64,000 bases of DNA from Mobula hypostoma (taxonomy: Eukaryota): NCBI RefSeq assembly GCF_963921235.1, contig NC_086108.1, forward strand, positions 23,684,001 through 23,748,000, written 5' to 3'. Under the pieces are notes generated by a model, which was not told where the DNA came from, did no database searches, and saw only the letters and a program-made list of their open reading frames with translations. Positions 51,476 through 64,000 of this stretch are shown here, piece by piece (within the stretch, counting starts at the first letter, position 1; each line of letters starts with the position of its first letter). The translations under genes were made by a program, and so were the position numbers.

Positions 51476-52419
51476 ACTAATGTGTCAAATATGAACCAGT
51501 AATGGGACCTTTGTAAGATTCAGTTAGCTATGTCTGGCAGGTCATGTCACTTGCATATTTCTAAAATAGACACAGTTCTAAGCTCTGGCACGAGAACAGA
51601 TTATCAACCAGACAGAAAAAAAAAATTAAGTAAATGGTGAAAGCCAGTTTTGACATAACACAACATCTCCACTTTCTTTTGGCCCGTGGCTGCTCAAAGT
51701 GGAGAAAGTGGATTTGGCATGGTGTTAAGAACCTCAAGCATTGGAAGCACAGAGAGCCCACATGTATGGTAAGTGGTAGAAAGAGCACACCACTTCACAG
51801 ACTTCATCATCAGCTCCTTCCTGCCCCATTACAGGACGAGGCTGAAGGTCCCACCTTGGTCTCATTAACTACCAAGGAAGTCAGAAAAGAGTGGACTTAA
51901 GGCAAGAAGAAATGGCTAAAACAGCATGTGTGATATTATCCCCAGTGATGTGAGTTCACAAAGTCCCCAGGAAATCTGGATCACATTGGCAGCTTGAATA
52001 ATGTCACCCAAAATGTTTAACAAAACCTTCAGGTAGATGAATGCTACATACCTACTTGAACAAATGTGTAGCTGAAGGTAGTTGTACTCACAGAAAATCT
52101 TAGATATCAACTTATTGAGATATTGAATGTTCAGGCAGAAACTCACAGTGTAGGATGTAATTCACATATCACATAGCCCATGCTACGAGAATGGCTGTTT
52201 TAGTTATGCCTCACTTCTACACCAGTTCCAGATGTAATTGAGGAGTTAGTTCACTAGAGTGTGCTGCAAGACCTAAAATAACAGGATGAAGCATTTGCAA
52301 AGAGAACTTCTTTATCAAAGAACTTGTTTATCAAAGCTCACATTCAACCTTCTTATTTTTCTATATACATGCTGACTGCCCTGTTACAAAAGTTTCTCAT
52401 ATGTAGTTTAGTAATGGTA

Positions 52420-52782
52420 GGTGTCAGAGTGGAGATGCTAATCTACCAAAGGAGGTGTAAGGCGCTCCTTCCCTCTGCTAACCTATTGGTCACCCCACAC
52501 CCCCCCACAAATCAGGGTCACCAGAAGCTATGGGAGTGGGTGGTGGTTAGTCATATGAGCAAGCTGGTGTACATCTAAAGTCCTGGTTATGAGACCATGG
52601 ATGCCAGGCAGACAATCTCTGAAGATTATTGATAATGGTTGGGGTCACCCGCCTTGTAAAAAACACTATCCAGGAGAAGGCAATGGCAAACTACTTCTGT
52701 CGAAAAATTTTGTCTACAACAATCATGGTACTTGAAAGACCATGTCTACCAACATCATACGACACAGCACATATCGAACGAA
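52420..52782 (+). mobile_element. RTE/BovB-related non-autonomous element
   Basis: ggagaaggcaatggcaaactacttc (about 52673-52697) matches the RTE/Bov-A signature GGAGAAGGCAATGGCAA; short cgaa tandem end. Confidence 0.6.
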
Positions 52783-53324
52783 GCAGTAACTATTATTTTT
52801 AACTGTCCTACTTTGATTTTTCTTTTTACCTTCTGATAAAAAAACTGGGCATTTTCAATGACAGGGGAACAGAATCTCTAGCAGGAACAACTTTAAGAAC
52901 CAATCTACTGAAAGGAACAAAGCCTAGTCAAAAGATCCAAGTCGAACCATCCCAGGGCATTTCAACAGATTCATTCACAAGCCACAACCCAACTTAAACT
53001 CAAAATGCAGTAAAAAGAGCACTAAAAAGTATAAATTGTCTCAATTTTTTACAAACAGCATGGTCCAGATTAATGCCAAGAGTATTAAAAGTCAGAACAC
53101 TAAGTTCTACTGTACACTTTGTGTTCTGACATTTGTACCCAGCTTTGCCAAATGTAGCACTGTCCCATGATCACACATTTGTTCATCGCTCTGTGGTCAG
53201 AACAGCATATTCCTTGTAGGTAGCAGGATCTCTTTTGGAGAAAAAAGGAATCTGAAGTTTAATTGAAAGTGAGAGAAGATCTTCTACTTATTTGAAGGAA
53301 ATCTCTATAACTCACTCAGTAGTA

Positions 53325-56300
53325 TGTCCCTCCACTCTTTAAGAAAGGAGGAAGGCAGCAGAGAGGAAATTATAGACCATTTAGCCTGACCTCAGTGGTT
53401 GGGAAGATATTGGAGTCAATTGTAAAGGATGAGGTTGGGACCGCTTCTTTTTATGCTGTATTTTAATGATTTAGATGATGGAATAGGTGGCTTTGTTGCC
53501 AAGTTTGCAGATGATACGAAGATTGGTGGAGGGGCAGGTAGTGTTGAAGAAACAGGTAGGCTGCAGAAGGACTTAGATAGATTAGAAGAATGGGCAAGAA
53601 AGAGGCAAATAGACAATAGACAATAGGTGCAGAAGTAGACCATTCGGCCCTTCGAGCCTGCACCACCATTCTGAGATCATGGCTGATCATCTACTATCAA
53701 TACCCGATTCCTGCCTTGTCCCCATAACCCTTGATTCCCCTATCCATAAGATACCTATCTAGCTCCTTCTTGAAAGTATCCAGAGAATTGGCCTCCACTG
53801 CCTTCTGAGGCAGCGCATTCCACACCTCCACAACTCTCTGGGAGAAGAAGTTCCTCCTCAACTCTGTCCTAAATGACCTACCCCTTATTCTTAAACCATG
53901 CCCCCGGTACTGGACTTTCCCAGCATCTGGATCATATTTCCTGCCTCTATCTTGTCCAATCCCTTAATAATCTTATATGTCTCAATCAGATACCCCCTCA
54001 ATCTCCTTAATTCCAGCATGTACAAGCCCAGTCTCTCTAACCTCTCTGCGTAAGACAGTCCAGACATCCCAGGAATTAACCTAGTGAACCTACGCTGCAC
54101 TTCCTCCACAGCCAGGATGTCCTTCCTTAACCCTGGAGACCAAAACTGCACACAATACTCCAGCTGTGGTCTCACCAGGGCCCTATACAAATGCAAAAGG
54201 ATTTCCTTGCTCTTGTACTCCATTCCCTTTGTATTAAAGGCCAACATTCCATTAGCCTTCTTCACTGCCTGCTGCACTTGCTCATTCACCTTCAGAGACT
54301 GATGAACAAGTACTCCTAGATCTCTTTGTATTTCTCCCTTACCTAACTCCACACCGTTCAAATAATAATCTGCCTTCCTGTTCTTGCTCTCAAAGTGAAT
54401 AACCTCACACTTATTCACATTAAACACCATCTGCCAAGTTTCTGCCCACTCACCCAGCCTATCCAAGTCACCTTGAATTTTCCTAACGTCCTCATCACAT
54501 GTCACACTGCCACCCAGCTTAGTATCATCAGCAAACTTGCTGATGTTATTCACAATGCCTTCCTCTAAATCATTGACGTAAATCGTAAATAGCTGTGGTC
54601 CCAATACCAAGCCCTGTGGCACCCCACTAGTCACCACCTGCCATTCCGAGAAACACCCATTCACTGCTACCCTTTGCTTTCTATCTGCCAACCAGTTTTC
54701 TATCCTCCCCCCAATGCCATGAGCTCTGATTTTACCCACCAATCTCCTATGTGGTACCTTATCAAATGCCTTCTGAAAGTCAAGGTACACCACATCCACT
54801 GGATCTCCTGCGTCTATCTTCCTGGTTACATCCTCGAAAAACTCCAATAGATTAGTCAAGCATGATTTGCCCTTGGTAAATCCATGCTGGCTCGGCCCAA
54901 TCCTATCACTGCTATCAAGATATGCCGCTATTTCATCTTTAATAATGGACTCTAGCATCTTCCCCACTGCTGATGTTAGGCTAACAGGGTGATAGTTCTC
55001 TGTTTTCTCCCTCCCTCCTTTCTTAAAAAGTGGGATAACATTAGCCATTCGCCAATCCTCAGGAACTGATCCTGAATCTAAGGAACATTGGAAAATGATC
55101 ACCAATGCATCTGCAATTTCCAGAGCCACCTCCTTTAGTACCCTAGGATGCAGACCATCTGGATCCGGGGATTTGTTAGCCTTCAGTTCCATCAGTCTAC
55201 TCATCACCGTTTCCTTCCTAATGTCAATCTGTTTCAGTTCCTCTGTTACCCTATGTCCTTGGCCCATCCATACATCTGGGAGATTGCTTGTGTCTTCCCT
55301 AGTGAAGACAGATCCAAAGTACTTATTAAATTTGTCTGCCGTTTCTCTGTTTCCCATAACAATTTCTCCCAATTCATTCTTCAAGGGCCCAATATTGTTC
55401 TTAACTATATTCCTTCTCTTCACATACCTAAAAAAACTTTTGCTATCCTCCTTTATATTCCTAGCTAGCTTGTGCTCATACCTCATTTTTTCTCCCCGTA
55501 TTGCCTTTTTAGTTAAGTTCTGTGGCTCCTTAAAAATTTTCCAATCATCCGTCTTCCCACTCACCTTAGCTCTGTTATACTTCTTTTTTAATGCTATGCT
55601 ATCTCTGACTTCCTTTGTCAACGACTGTGGCCACTTTCCCCCCTTTGAATCCTTCCTTCTCCGGGGGATGAACTGATTTTGCACCTTGTGCATTATTCCC
55701 AAGAATACCTGCCATTGCTGTTCCACTGTCTTTTCTGCTAGGATATCCGACCAGTCAACTTTGGCCAGCTCCTCCCTCATGGCTCCATAGTCTCCTTTGT
55801 TTAACTGCAATACTGACACTTCTGATCTGCCCTTATCCCTCTCAACTTGCAGATAAAAACATATTATGGTCACTACCTCCTAATGGCTCCTTTACTTCAA
55901 GATCACTTATCAAATCCTGTTCATTGCACAACACTAAATCCAGAATAGCCTTATCCCTGGTCGGCTCTCGTACAAGCTGCTCCAAAAATGCATCCCGTAG
56001 GCACTCTACAAACTCCCTACCCTGGGGTCCAGTACCAACCTGATTTTCCCAGTTCATCTGCATGTTGAAATCCCCCATAACCACTGCGACATTTCCTTTG
56101 CCACATGCCATTGTTAACTCCCTAGTCAACTTGCACCCAATATCCATGCTACTGTTTGGGGGCCTGTAGATAACACCTATTAGGGTCTTTTTGCCCTTAC
56201 TGTTCCTCAGCTCTATCCACACTGATTCTACTTCTCCTGATTCTATGTCCCCCCTTGCAAGGGATTGAATCTCATTCCTCACCAACAGGGCCACCCCACC

Positions 56301-57640
56301 CCCTCTGCCCACCTTTCTGTCCTTTCGATAGCACGTATACCCTTGTACATTCAATTCCCAGGTCTGATCCCCCTGCAGCCATGTCTCCGTTATCCCAACA
56401 ACATCACAGTTACCCATTCGCACCTGAGCTTCAAGCTCATCCGCCTTATTTCTGACACTTCGTGCATTCAGATATAGAATTTTTAACCCATTTCTCCCCT
56501 CTCTGTTTAAATCGCTGCCTATTGTGCATAACCCAGCTCCCCGAACTCTCACCAGGCTATACACCCCTTGAATTTTGTTGTCCTTCTTAATTTTACTTAC
56601 TCTTTCTGCACATTTAACTCCATGCTCTGTCAGACCATCCCTCTGCACATATATCCTCCTTATCACTCGTTCCGCCTCACCTTTCTCTACTTCACACTTA
56701 ATATTCCGGAACCGTGTAGTCCCCACCTGTCCTTTATACTTCATCTCGCTATCCTCTCTCATATTCTGGATCCCTGCCCCCTGCAAATTTAGTTTAAACC
56801 CCCCCCCCCCAAGCAGCGCTAGCAAACTTTCCTGAAATACAATGACATACAATGTTGGAAAATTCATGGTCATGCATTTTGGTAGTAGAAATAAATGTGA
56901 AGACTTTTTTCTAAATGGGGAGAAGATCCAAAAATCTGAGACGCAAAGGGAATTGGTAGTCCTTGTGCAGAACACCCACCCTAAAGGGTTAACTTGCAGG
57001 TTGAGTTGGTGGTGAGGAAGGCAAATGCAATGTCGGTATTCATTTCAAAAAGTCTTGTATACAAGAGCAGGGATGTGATGCTGAGACTTTATAAGGCACT
57101 GGTGAGGCCTCACCTTGAATATTGTGAACAGTTTTTGGACTCCTTGTCTAAGAAAAGATGTGCTGGCATTGGAGAGGGTCCAGAGAAGGTTTACAAGGAT
57201 GATTCCAGGAATGAAAAGGTTATCATACAAGGAACTTTTGATGATTCTGGGTCTGTATTCATTGGAATTTAGAAGGATGAAGGAGGATCTCATTAAAACC
57301 TTTCGAATGCTGGAAGGCCTAGACAGAGTACATGAGGAAAGGATGTTTCCCACAGTGGGAGACTCTAGAGCAAGTGAGTACATCCATTTAAAACAGAGAT
57401 GTGGAGAAATTCCTTTAGCCAGAGGGTGATGAATTTGTGGCCACATGCAGCTGCGGAGACTAGGTCGTTGGGTGTATTTAAGGCAGAGATTGATAGGTTC
57501 TTGATTGAACATAACCTCAAAGGTTATGGGAAGAAGGCCGGGGAATGGGGTTGAGGAGGGGAATAATGGAACAGCCACGATTGAGTGGTGAAGACTCGAT
57601 GGGCCAATTAATCTAATTCTGCTCCTGTGTCTTATGGTTT
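53325..57640 (+). mobile_element. CR1 fragment split by an antisense CR1 (host 53325-53610 and 56834-57640)
   Basis: LGPLLFMLYFNDLDD...KFADDTK...LEEWARKRQ joins gaaatacaatg...catgcattttgg after the insert; ends cttatggt. Confidence 0.9.
53611..56833 (-). mobile_element. Youngest CR1 in the window: ORF1 C-terminus, nearly intact ORF2 (APE plus RT) and 3' UTR
   Basis: The 377-aa ORF (YLNARS, GITETWL, YRPPNS, MGDFN, GSDHN) and the 660-aa ORF (QHGF, YLDFQKAFDKVPH, GVPQG, KFADD) are joined by a single frameshift near 55860. Tail is (ctattgt)n. Confidence 0.97.
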
Positions 57641-58007
57641 AAATACTTAGATATATCAAACTTTCATGGAGTGTCAGCACACATTGGGTTTAATTTTTAA
57701 GTTGCCTTAATTTCAATTGGAAAGGCATAGAAGATGTTACAATTGGCATGATACATACATGCTTGATCATCTCTGGACTCCACAGAGTCTTGCGGACTTC
57801 ACAGTTGGATAGCTGGGTAACCCTCTTACCCAGCTCTTGTGAAGATGGGTCAGAAAACCCAAAAGAGCACAGAATGGTTGGATTTATGATGAGGGTATAG
57901 GGGAGCAGGCAAGCCATAACAAATGCTACCTCTGCTAAATATCTTGAACCCCATTATTGAACAGTTCCCAGGATCTATAGACACACTTCTAAGAACTCTT
58001 CAATTCA

Positions 58008-59929
58008 AGATAGAATATAGAACATAGAGTAGTACAGCACAGTACAGGCCCTTCAGCCCACATTGTTGTACTGACCCTCAAACCCCACTTCCCAAATAAC
58101 CCCCCACCTTAAATTCCTCCATATACCTGTCTAGTAGTCTCTTTCTCTGCCTCCACCACTGACTCAGGCAGTGTATTCCATGCACCAACCACTCTCTGAG
58201 TAAAAAACCTTCATCTAATATCCCCCTTGAACTTCCCACCCCTTACCTTAAAGCCATGTCCCCTTGCATTGAGCAGTGGTGCCCTGGGGAAGAGGCGCTG
58301 GCTGCCTCCTCTATCTATTCCTCTTAGTAAAGCCCTAGCTCCCTTAATCTCTGATCATAATCCATACTTTCTAAACCTGGCAGCATCCTGGTAAATCTCC
58401 TCTGTACCCTTTCCAATGCTTCCACATCCCTCCTATAGTGAGGCGACCAGAACTGGACACAGTACTCCAAGTGTGGCCTAATCAGAGTTTTATAGAGCTG
58501 CATCATTACCTCGTGACTCTTAAACTCTATCCCTCGACTTATGAAAGCTAACACCCCATAAACTTTCTCAACTACCCTATTTACCTGTGAGGCAACTTTC
58601 AGGGATCTGTGGACATATACCCCCAGATCCCTCTGCTCCTCCTCACTACCAAGTATCCTGCCATTTACTTTGTACTCTGCCTTGGAGTTTGTCCTTCCAA
58701 AGTGTACCACCTCACACTTCTCCAGGTTGAACTCCATCTGCCGCTTCTCAGCCCACTTCTGCAACCTATCAATATCTTGCTGCAATCTTCGACAATCCTC
58801 TACACTATCTGCAACACCACCAACCTTTGTGTCATCTGCAAACTTGCCAATCCACCCTTCTACCCCTACGTCGAGGTCGTTAATAAAAATCACGAAAAGT
58901 AGAGGTCCCAGAACAGATCCTTGTGGGACACCACTAGTCACAACCCTCCAATCTGAATGTACTCCCTCCACCATGACCCTCTGCCTTCTGCAGGCAAGCC
59001 AATTCTGAATCCACCTGGCCAAACTTCCCTGGATCCCATGCCTTCTGATTTTCTGAATAAGCTTACCGTGTGGAACCTTGTCAAATGCCTTACTAAAATC
59101 CATATAGATCACATCCACTGCACTACCCTCATCTATATGCCTGGTCACCTACCTCAAAGAACTCTATCAGGCTTGTTAGACACGATCTGCCCTTCACAAA
59201 GCCATGCTGACTGTCCCTGATCAGACCATGATACACTAATTGCCCATAGATCCTATCTCTAAGAATCTTTTCCAACAGCGTTCCCACCACAGATGTAAAT
59301 TTCACTGGTCTATAATTACCCGGACTATCCCTACTACCTTTTTTGAACAAGGGGACAACATTCGCCTCCCTCCAACACTCGGTATCATTCCCGTAGACAA
59401 CATGGACATAAAGATCCTAGCCAGAGTCTCAGCAATCTCTTCCCTTGCCTAGTGGAGTAGCCTGGGGAATATTCCGTCCAGACTCAGGGACTTATCTGTC
59501 CTAATGTATTTTAATAACTCCAACACCTCCTCTACCTCAATATCAACATGCTTCAGAACATCAACCTCACTCATTGTCCTCACCATCATCAAGTTCCCTC
59601 TCATTGGTGAATACGGGAGAAGTTTTCATTGAGGACCTGGCTCACTTCCACAGTCTCCAGGCACATCTTCTCACCTTTATCTCTAATCGGTCCTACCTTC
59701 ACTCCTGTCATCCTTTTGTTCTTCACATAATTGAAGAATGCCTTGGGGTTTTCCTTTACTCTACTCACCAAGGCCTTCTCATGCCCCCTTCTTGCTCTTC
59801 TCAGCCCCTTCGTAAGCTCCTTTCTTGCTATCCTATATTCCTCAATAGACCCATCTGATCTTTGCTTCCTAAACCTCATGTATGCTGCCTTCTTCCACCT
59901 GACTAGATTTTCTACCTCACTTGTCACCT
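58008..59929 (-). mobile_element. CR1-clade LINE, 5'-truncated
   Basis: 274-aa RT ORF 58324-59148 (YMDFSKAFDKVPH, GVPQGSVLGP, KFADD) and upstream frames; same subfamily as 29454-30092. Confidence 0.95.
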
Positions 59930-59934
59930 GTTGA

Positions 59935-61100
59935 TAAGGATCTTGCTACTTATTGCTTATTTATTTTTGTTTCAGTATTTGCACAGTTTGTTGTCTCTTG
60001 CACATTGGTTATTTTTCCGTTGTGTGTGCAGTTTTTCATTGATTCCATAAGACCATAAGACAAAGGAGCAGAAGTTGGCTGTTCGGCCCATCGAGTCTGC
60101 TCTGCCATTTTATCATGAGCTGATCCATTCTCCCATTTAGTCCCACTCCCCGGCCTTCTCACCATAACCTTTGATGCCATGGCTACTCAGATACCTATCA
60201 ATCTCTGCCTTAAATACACCCAATAACTTGGCCTCCACTGCTGCTCATGGCATCAAACTCCATAGATTCACCATCCTCTGACTAAAAAAATTTCTTCGCA
60301 TTTTTGTTCTGAATGGGCACCCTTCAATCCTTAAGTCATGCCCTCTCGTACCAGACTCCCCCATCATGGGAAACAACTTTGTCACATCCACTCTGTCCAT
60401 GCCTTTCAACATTTGAAATGTTTCTATGAGGTCTCCCCTCATTCTTCTAAACTCCAAGGAATACAGACCAAGAGTGGACAAACATTCTTCATATGTTAAC
60501 CTTCTCATTCCCGGAATCATTCTAGTGAATCTTCTCTGTACCCTCTCCAACGTCAGCACATCCTTTCTTAAATAAGGAGACCAAAATTGCCCACAGTACT
60601 CCAAGTGAGGTCTCACCAGCGCCTTATAGAGCCTCAACATCCCACCCCTGCTCCTATACCCTCTTCCTCTAGAAATGAATGCCAACATTGCATTCGCCTT
60701 CTTCACCACTGACTCAACCTGGAGGTTAACCTTAAGGGTATCCTGTACGAGGACTCCCAAGTCCTGTTGCATCTCAGAACTTTGAATTCTTTTCCCATTT
60801 AAATAATAGTCTGCCCGTTTATTTCTTCCGCCAAAGTGCATAATGATACACTTTCCAACATTGTATTTGATTTGCCACTTCTTTGCCCATTCTTCCAATC
60901 TATCCAAGTTCCTCTGCAGACTCTCCGTTTCCTCAGAACTACCGGCCCTTCTACCTATCTTGGTATCGTCAGCAAACTTAGCCATTTCATTATGTTTCTT
61001 TGTATTTTCTGTGAATGCCCAACAAGAAAATGAATCCTAAGGTAGTATATGGTGACATATATGTACTTTGCTAATAAAATCACTTTGAAATTTGAACCTT
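59935..61100 (+). mobile_element. Rex1-type 3' UTR remnant split by a CR1 (parts 59935-60048 and 60984-61100)
   Basis: Matches the UTRs at 28470-28657 and 34170-34368; ends aataaaatcactttgaaatttgaacctt. Confidence 0.75.
60049..60983 (-). mobile_element. CR1 3' fragment
   Basis: Open 246-aa ORF starting AKFADDTK; (cttatggt) tail; TSD attccat (60042-60048) and atttcat (60984-60990). Confidence 0.93.
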
Positions 61101-62389
61101 GTCTATCAGAGTTTGAAGGCTTCAGACAGCATTGGAACAGAAGCAAAGAGGCTCTTTTTTCAGTTTTACCTTTCCAACACAATTCCAGCACCAACACATT
61201 CCTTCCTGCATAAATCATTGCTGCTGGAACACTTAATTAATCGTCTTGTCTCAGACTTATTTCAATTAATTGACAGGACATCTGAAATTATTATTATTAA
61301 AAGATAAATGAGCCCAACAGTGAGGAGATTTGTATAATTAACTTACTAATGAAAGGATTATGTACTTGCGCTCATTAAACAACAGAGGCTGAGAATAACT
61401 AATGTAGATTAATTAAGGAGCAAGGCAGGAAAGTCACGTGACTTATGGAAGATTTTCAGAGTGGTGCACCAGGATTGGACCACTTTGAGGTCAGAAACAG
61501 TTTGCAGCATGCATATATCAAAACACTGCCTGTAGATGCAATGTCATTAGCAGCTGTACTGGGGAAATAACTGAATGAACACACACCAGGGAGGGCTGAG
61601 ACTATTGCAGAAAGCTGTGAACAGGATGCATAGCAAAGAGAATATGAGCTGCTTTACTTCAGCAGTCTTTGCGTATATACATCCAAGGTCAACTAAATAT
61701 GACTGTAAGGATACAATGCATGTCAATTGCAAATCATTTTGCAATAAGTCAGCAGCATCCAACTTCCTTGGTGACCCCTGCTGCTACCTGATGTTCTGCT
61801 TTTTCTTAGATCTTTAATAAATCCACATGAAGACCAGATGTTATCTGCACTTTCACAAAGAATAGACTATCTATCAGAGGATAGAGAGACCTGAGTCAAT
61901 GGATCAAAAACGGAATCACTAAAAGACCTGGAATAATTTCTGTTTCATGCTTCAGTCAGAATGAGTACTGTAAAGGAAACTATTCTTACAAAAGGGAATG
62001 AGAAATAAAAAATGCCAACAGGATTTAATATCCTCTTTAATATTGTTTACCTTCATAAACGGAGATGTGGATATTGAAATATGAATTTAGTAGTTTACTC
62101 AATACTCAAGAAGATCTGCACCAGCATGCCCAGGAACCAAATTTCCCCAATGTCATGTCAACATTCACATCAGGTCATGGAAGCAACTTTTCTTACAGAA
62201 AAGGGGTCTGGCATGCTTTCCTATTTCAACATTACTGTCAGCATTGAACATCTTCAGATTAGGTGGCACTCCTTCACCATCTTGCTATCATATCTAACAG
62301 TAGGCTGATCTTGCTGATTAAAGATCTGAGGAAAATTGAAATCATTGAGACAGGTGCTGAAGGCAAGCAAGTGTTCATCACTGTCTACT

Positions 62390-62872
62390 ACCTGCTTGCT
62401 CACTGCTGCAGGAGGAAGGTCCCTGCGTTTGAGTGGTCCCTCTCTCCCTCGATGCTGCCAGTGGACTGTGTCGGAGCAAGGTTTAATTGACATGGATTGT
62501 AGATTTAGACTCTAATTCAGGTGTATGATGTGTTCTAGTTTCTAATTCTAGTTCTGGTCACTCTTTGTTGTCGCTACTTTTGAGTGAGTTTTGAATTGGA
62601 GGGCTGCAAACAATGAGCATTGAGCTGAATTGAACTGAAATATGCCTTTTGATTTTGTGTTTTATATTCTGTGTTCTTGCTCATTTCTTTTGTTGCTCTT
62701 TGCGCGATGTTTTTAGTGTGTGGGGATGGGGAGGGGGTTTGATGCTTGATGTTCTTCTTTGGACAGGCTGGCTCCATGGTTCTTCTTTATTTCATGACTA
62801 TCTGTGGGGAAGACAAACTTCAGGGTAGTACACGCATACCTACTGAGATAACAAATGTACTTTGAATCTTTG
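62390..62872 (+). mobile_element. Non-autonomous retroposon with Rex1-like tail
   Basis: T-rich 3' body ending cagggtagta...gataacaaatgtactttgaatctttg, like the Rex1-type tails elsewhere in the window. Confidence 0.55.
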
Positions 62873-63794
62873 GAGTCAGTATGATATTTTCATTTCTTGT
62901 TGTGTCCTTGACTGAGATTGCTGAATGAATGCAATAAAGGAGACAAGATGGGAAGAATAAAACCCATAGGATGACTGTAAGTCAGTGATTGGTCTGTGAA
63001 ACTCAGTGGGCTGAAGGTTTTCCTAATTTCTCTTTGACTTTAAACTTCCATAAACTGGGTTAGTGAAAATCTTATCCATCAATACTCAAGTGGCACTGCA
63101 ACCTATTCCTATTCTAACTTTTTCATCAAGTCATCTAACTATATTTTGAAAGATCTCAATGTATCTACTGTACCTCCACTACCAAGAATAGTAAATATCT
63201 GTCGTTGCTACTAAATTATAAAAGCTTTCTCTAAATTCACATTCCTTTCTTCACTTTCCTCCTTTATTCCAAGCAATATTGTGATTTTATTCCATTTGTC
63301 CCTGTTCGATATTTTATATCGTTGATTATGTTCCAACTGTCTTTCTTTGGCGCTGATTCTATGCGTTAAAAATGGAGTGAGTCTATCCCGATTAATTTCA
63401 TTCGAGATCTCCCATCAATGTGTGCTGGATGTAAACCAAGCTGAAATATAGCTTAGTCTCTGAAAGGGTTATAAATATTACAGAGCTGAGCCACGGGATA
63501 GCAGAAATCATTCTCTATTCACCCTGGGGAATCACTAATGACCAATTTAGAAATAATTAAAACTCACATTAAAGAAATGTCCAATTACTCATTAAAGCAT
63601 AATCAATGCTAGTTATAATTTATTCTAGAAGTTTCTCCATTGAAGCTCAACTTCACCATGTGCAAAAAATGTCAAAGAAATTACAATTGAAAATATTTCA
63701 CCTTATTAACAAACAACCACTTTGTATTCTATTAAAATTATTACAGCTGATACCAGTTATCAGACGTCCAAATGCACAATAAAGATTGTTGAAG

Positions 63795-63855
63795 TCAGAA
63801 TCAGAATCAGAATCAGGTTTATTATCACTGGCATGTGACAAGAAATTTGTTTTGC
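63795..63855 (-). mobile_element. Rex1-type 3' tail
   Basis: (TCAGAA)3-tcaggtttattatcactggcatgtg is the reverse complement of the tail at 2805-2851. Confidence 0.8.
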
Positions 63856-64000
63856 TTTAAGTCTCTTTAAAGTGAATACTGAGTTTGAAGAGAGAGAGGC
63901 AAGTTCAACTGAATAAAACCACTTTTTCACTCATACATAAGGCAGCACAGAACAATTGAAGGTGGGCTATGAAGAATGATGAATGAGAAGACAAAGGAAT

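Noticed and set aside
54084..56835. Plus-strand ORFs of up to 193 aa
   Set aside because: They are antisense shadows of the CR1 ORF2.

Overview
This is eukaryotic, repeat-dense DNA, either intergenic or a long intron. I found no host protein-coding exon, tRNA gene, rRNA gene or CRISPR array that I can support. The repeat mix is many CR1-clade LINEs, Rex1/Babar LINEs, a fish-type L1, Penelope-like elements, V-domain tRNA SINEs, hAT and Tc1 MITEs, and an RTE-related element. From that mix I infer a cartilaginous fish, probably a ray; this was not tested. Almost every long ORF in the track is decayed retroelement endonuclease or reverse transcriptase, an antisense shadow of one, or a translation of a purine-rich minisatellite. 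The window records many nested insertions, several with readable target-site duplications (TSDs). Examples are a full-length dead L1 (38229-46833) holding a CR1 that holds a 53-bp retroposon tail, and a four-layer CR1 > SINE > hAT > hAT nest at 23-24.6 kb. The strongest leads are: (1) a U_UUA_AAC slippery heptamer at the ORF1/ORF2 junction of the youngest CR1, suggesting -1 ribosomal frameshifting; (2) an in-frame L1-ORF1/CR1-ORF2 junction; (3) a hAT element whose TSD suggests it moved using a cryptic end; (4) a non-tRNA, YY1-motif-headed non-autonomous retroposon; (5) a degenerate hammerhead ribozyme in the Penelope element; and (6) unique islands with Pbx-Hox/Meis enhancer-like motifs. Family names come from motif recognition, not database searches. 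Coordinates of old elements are approximate to tens of bp.
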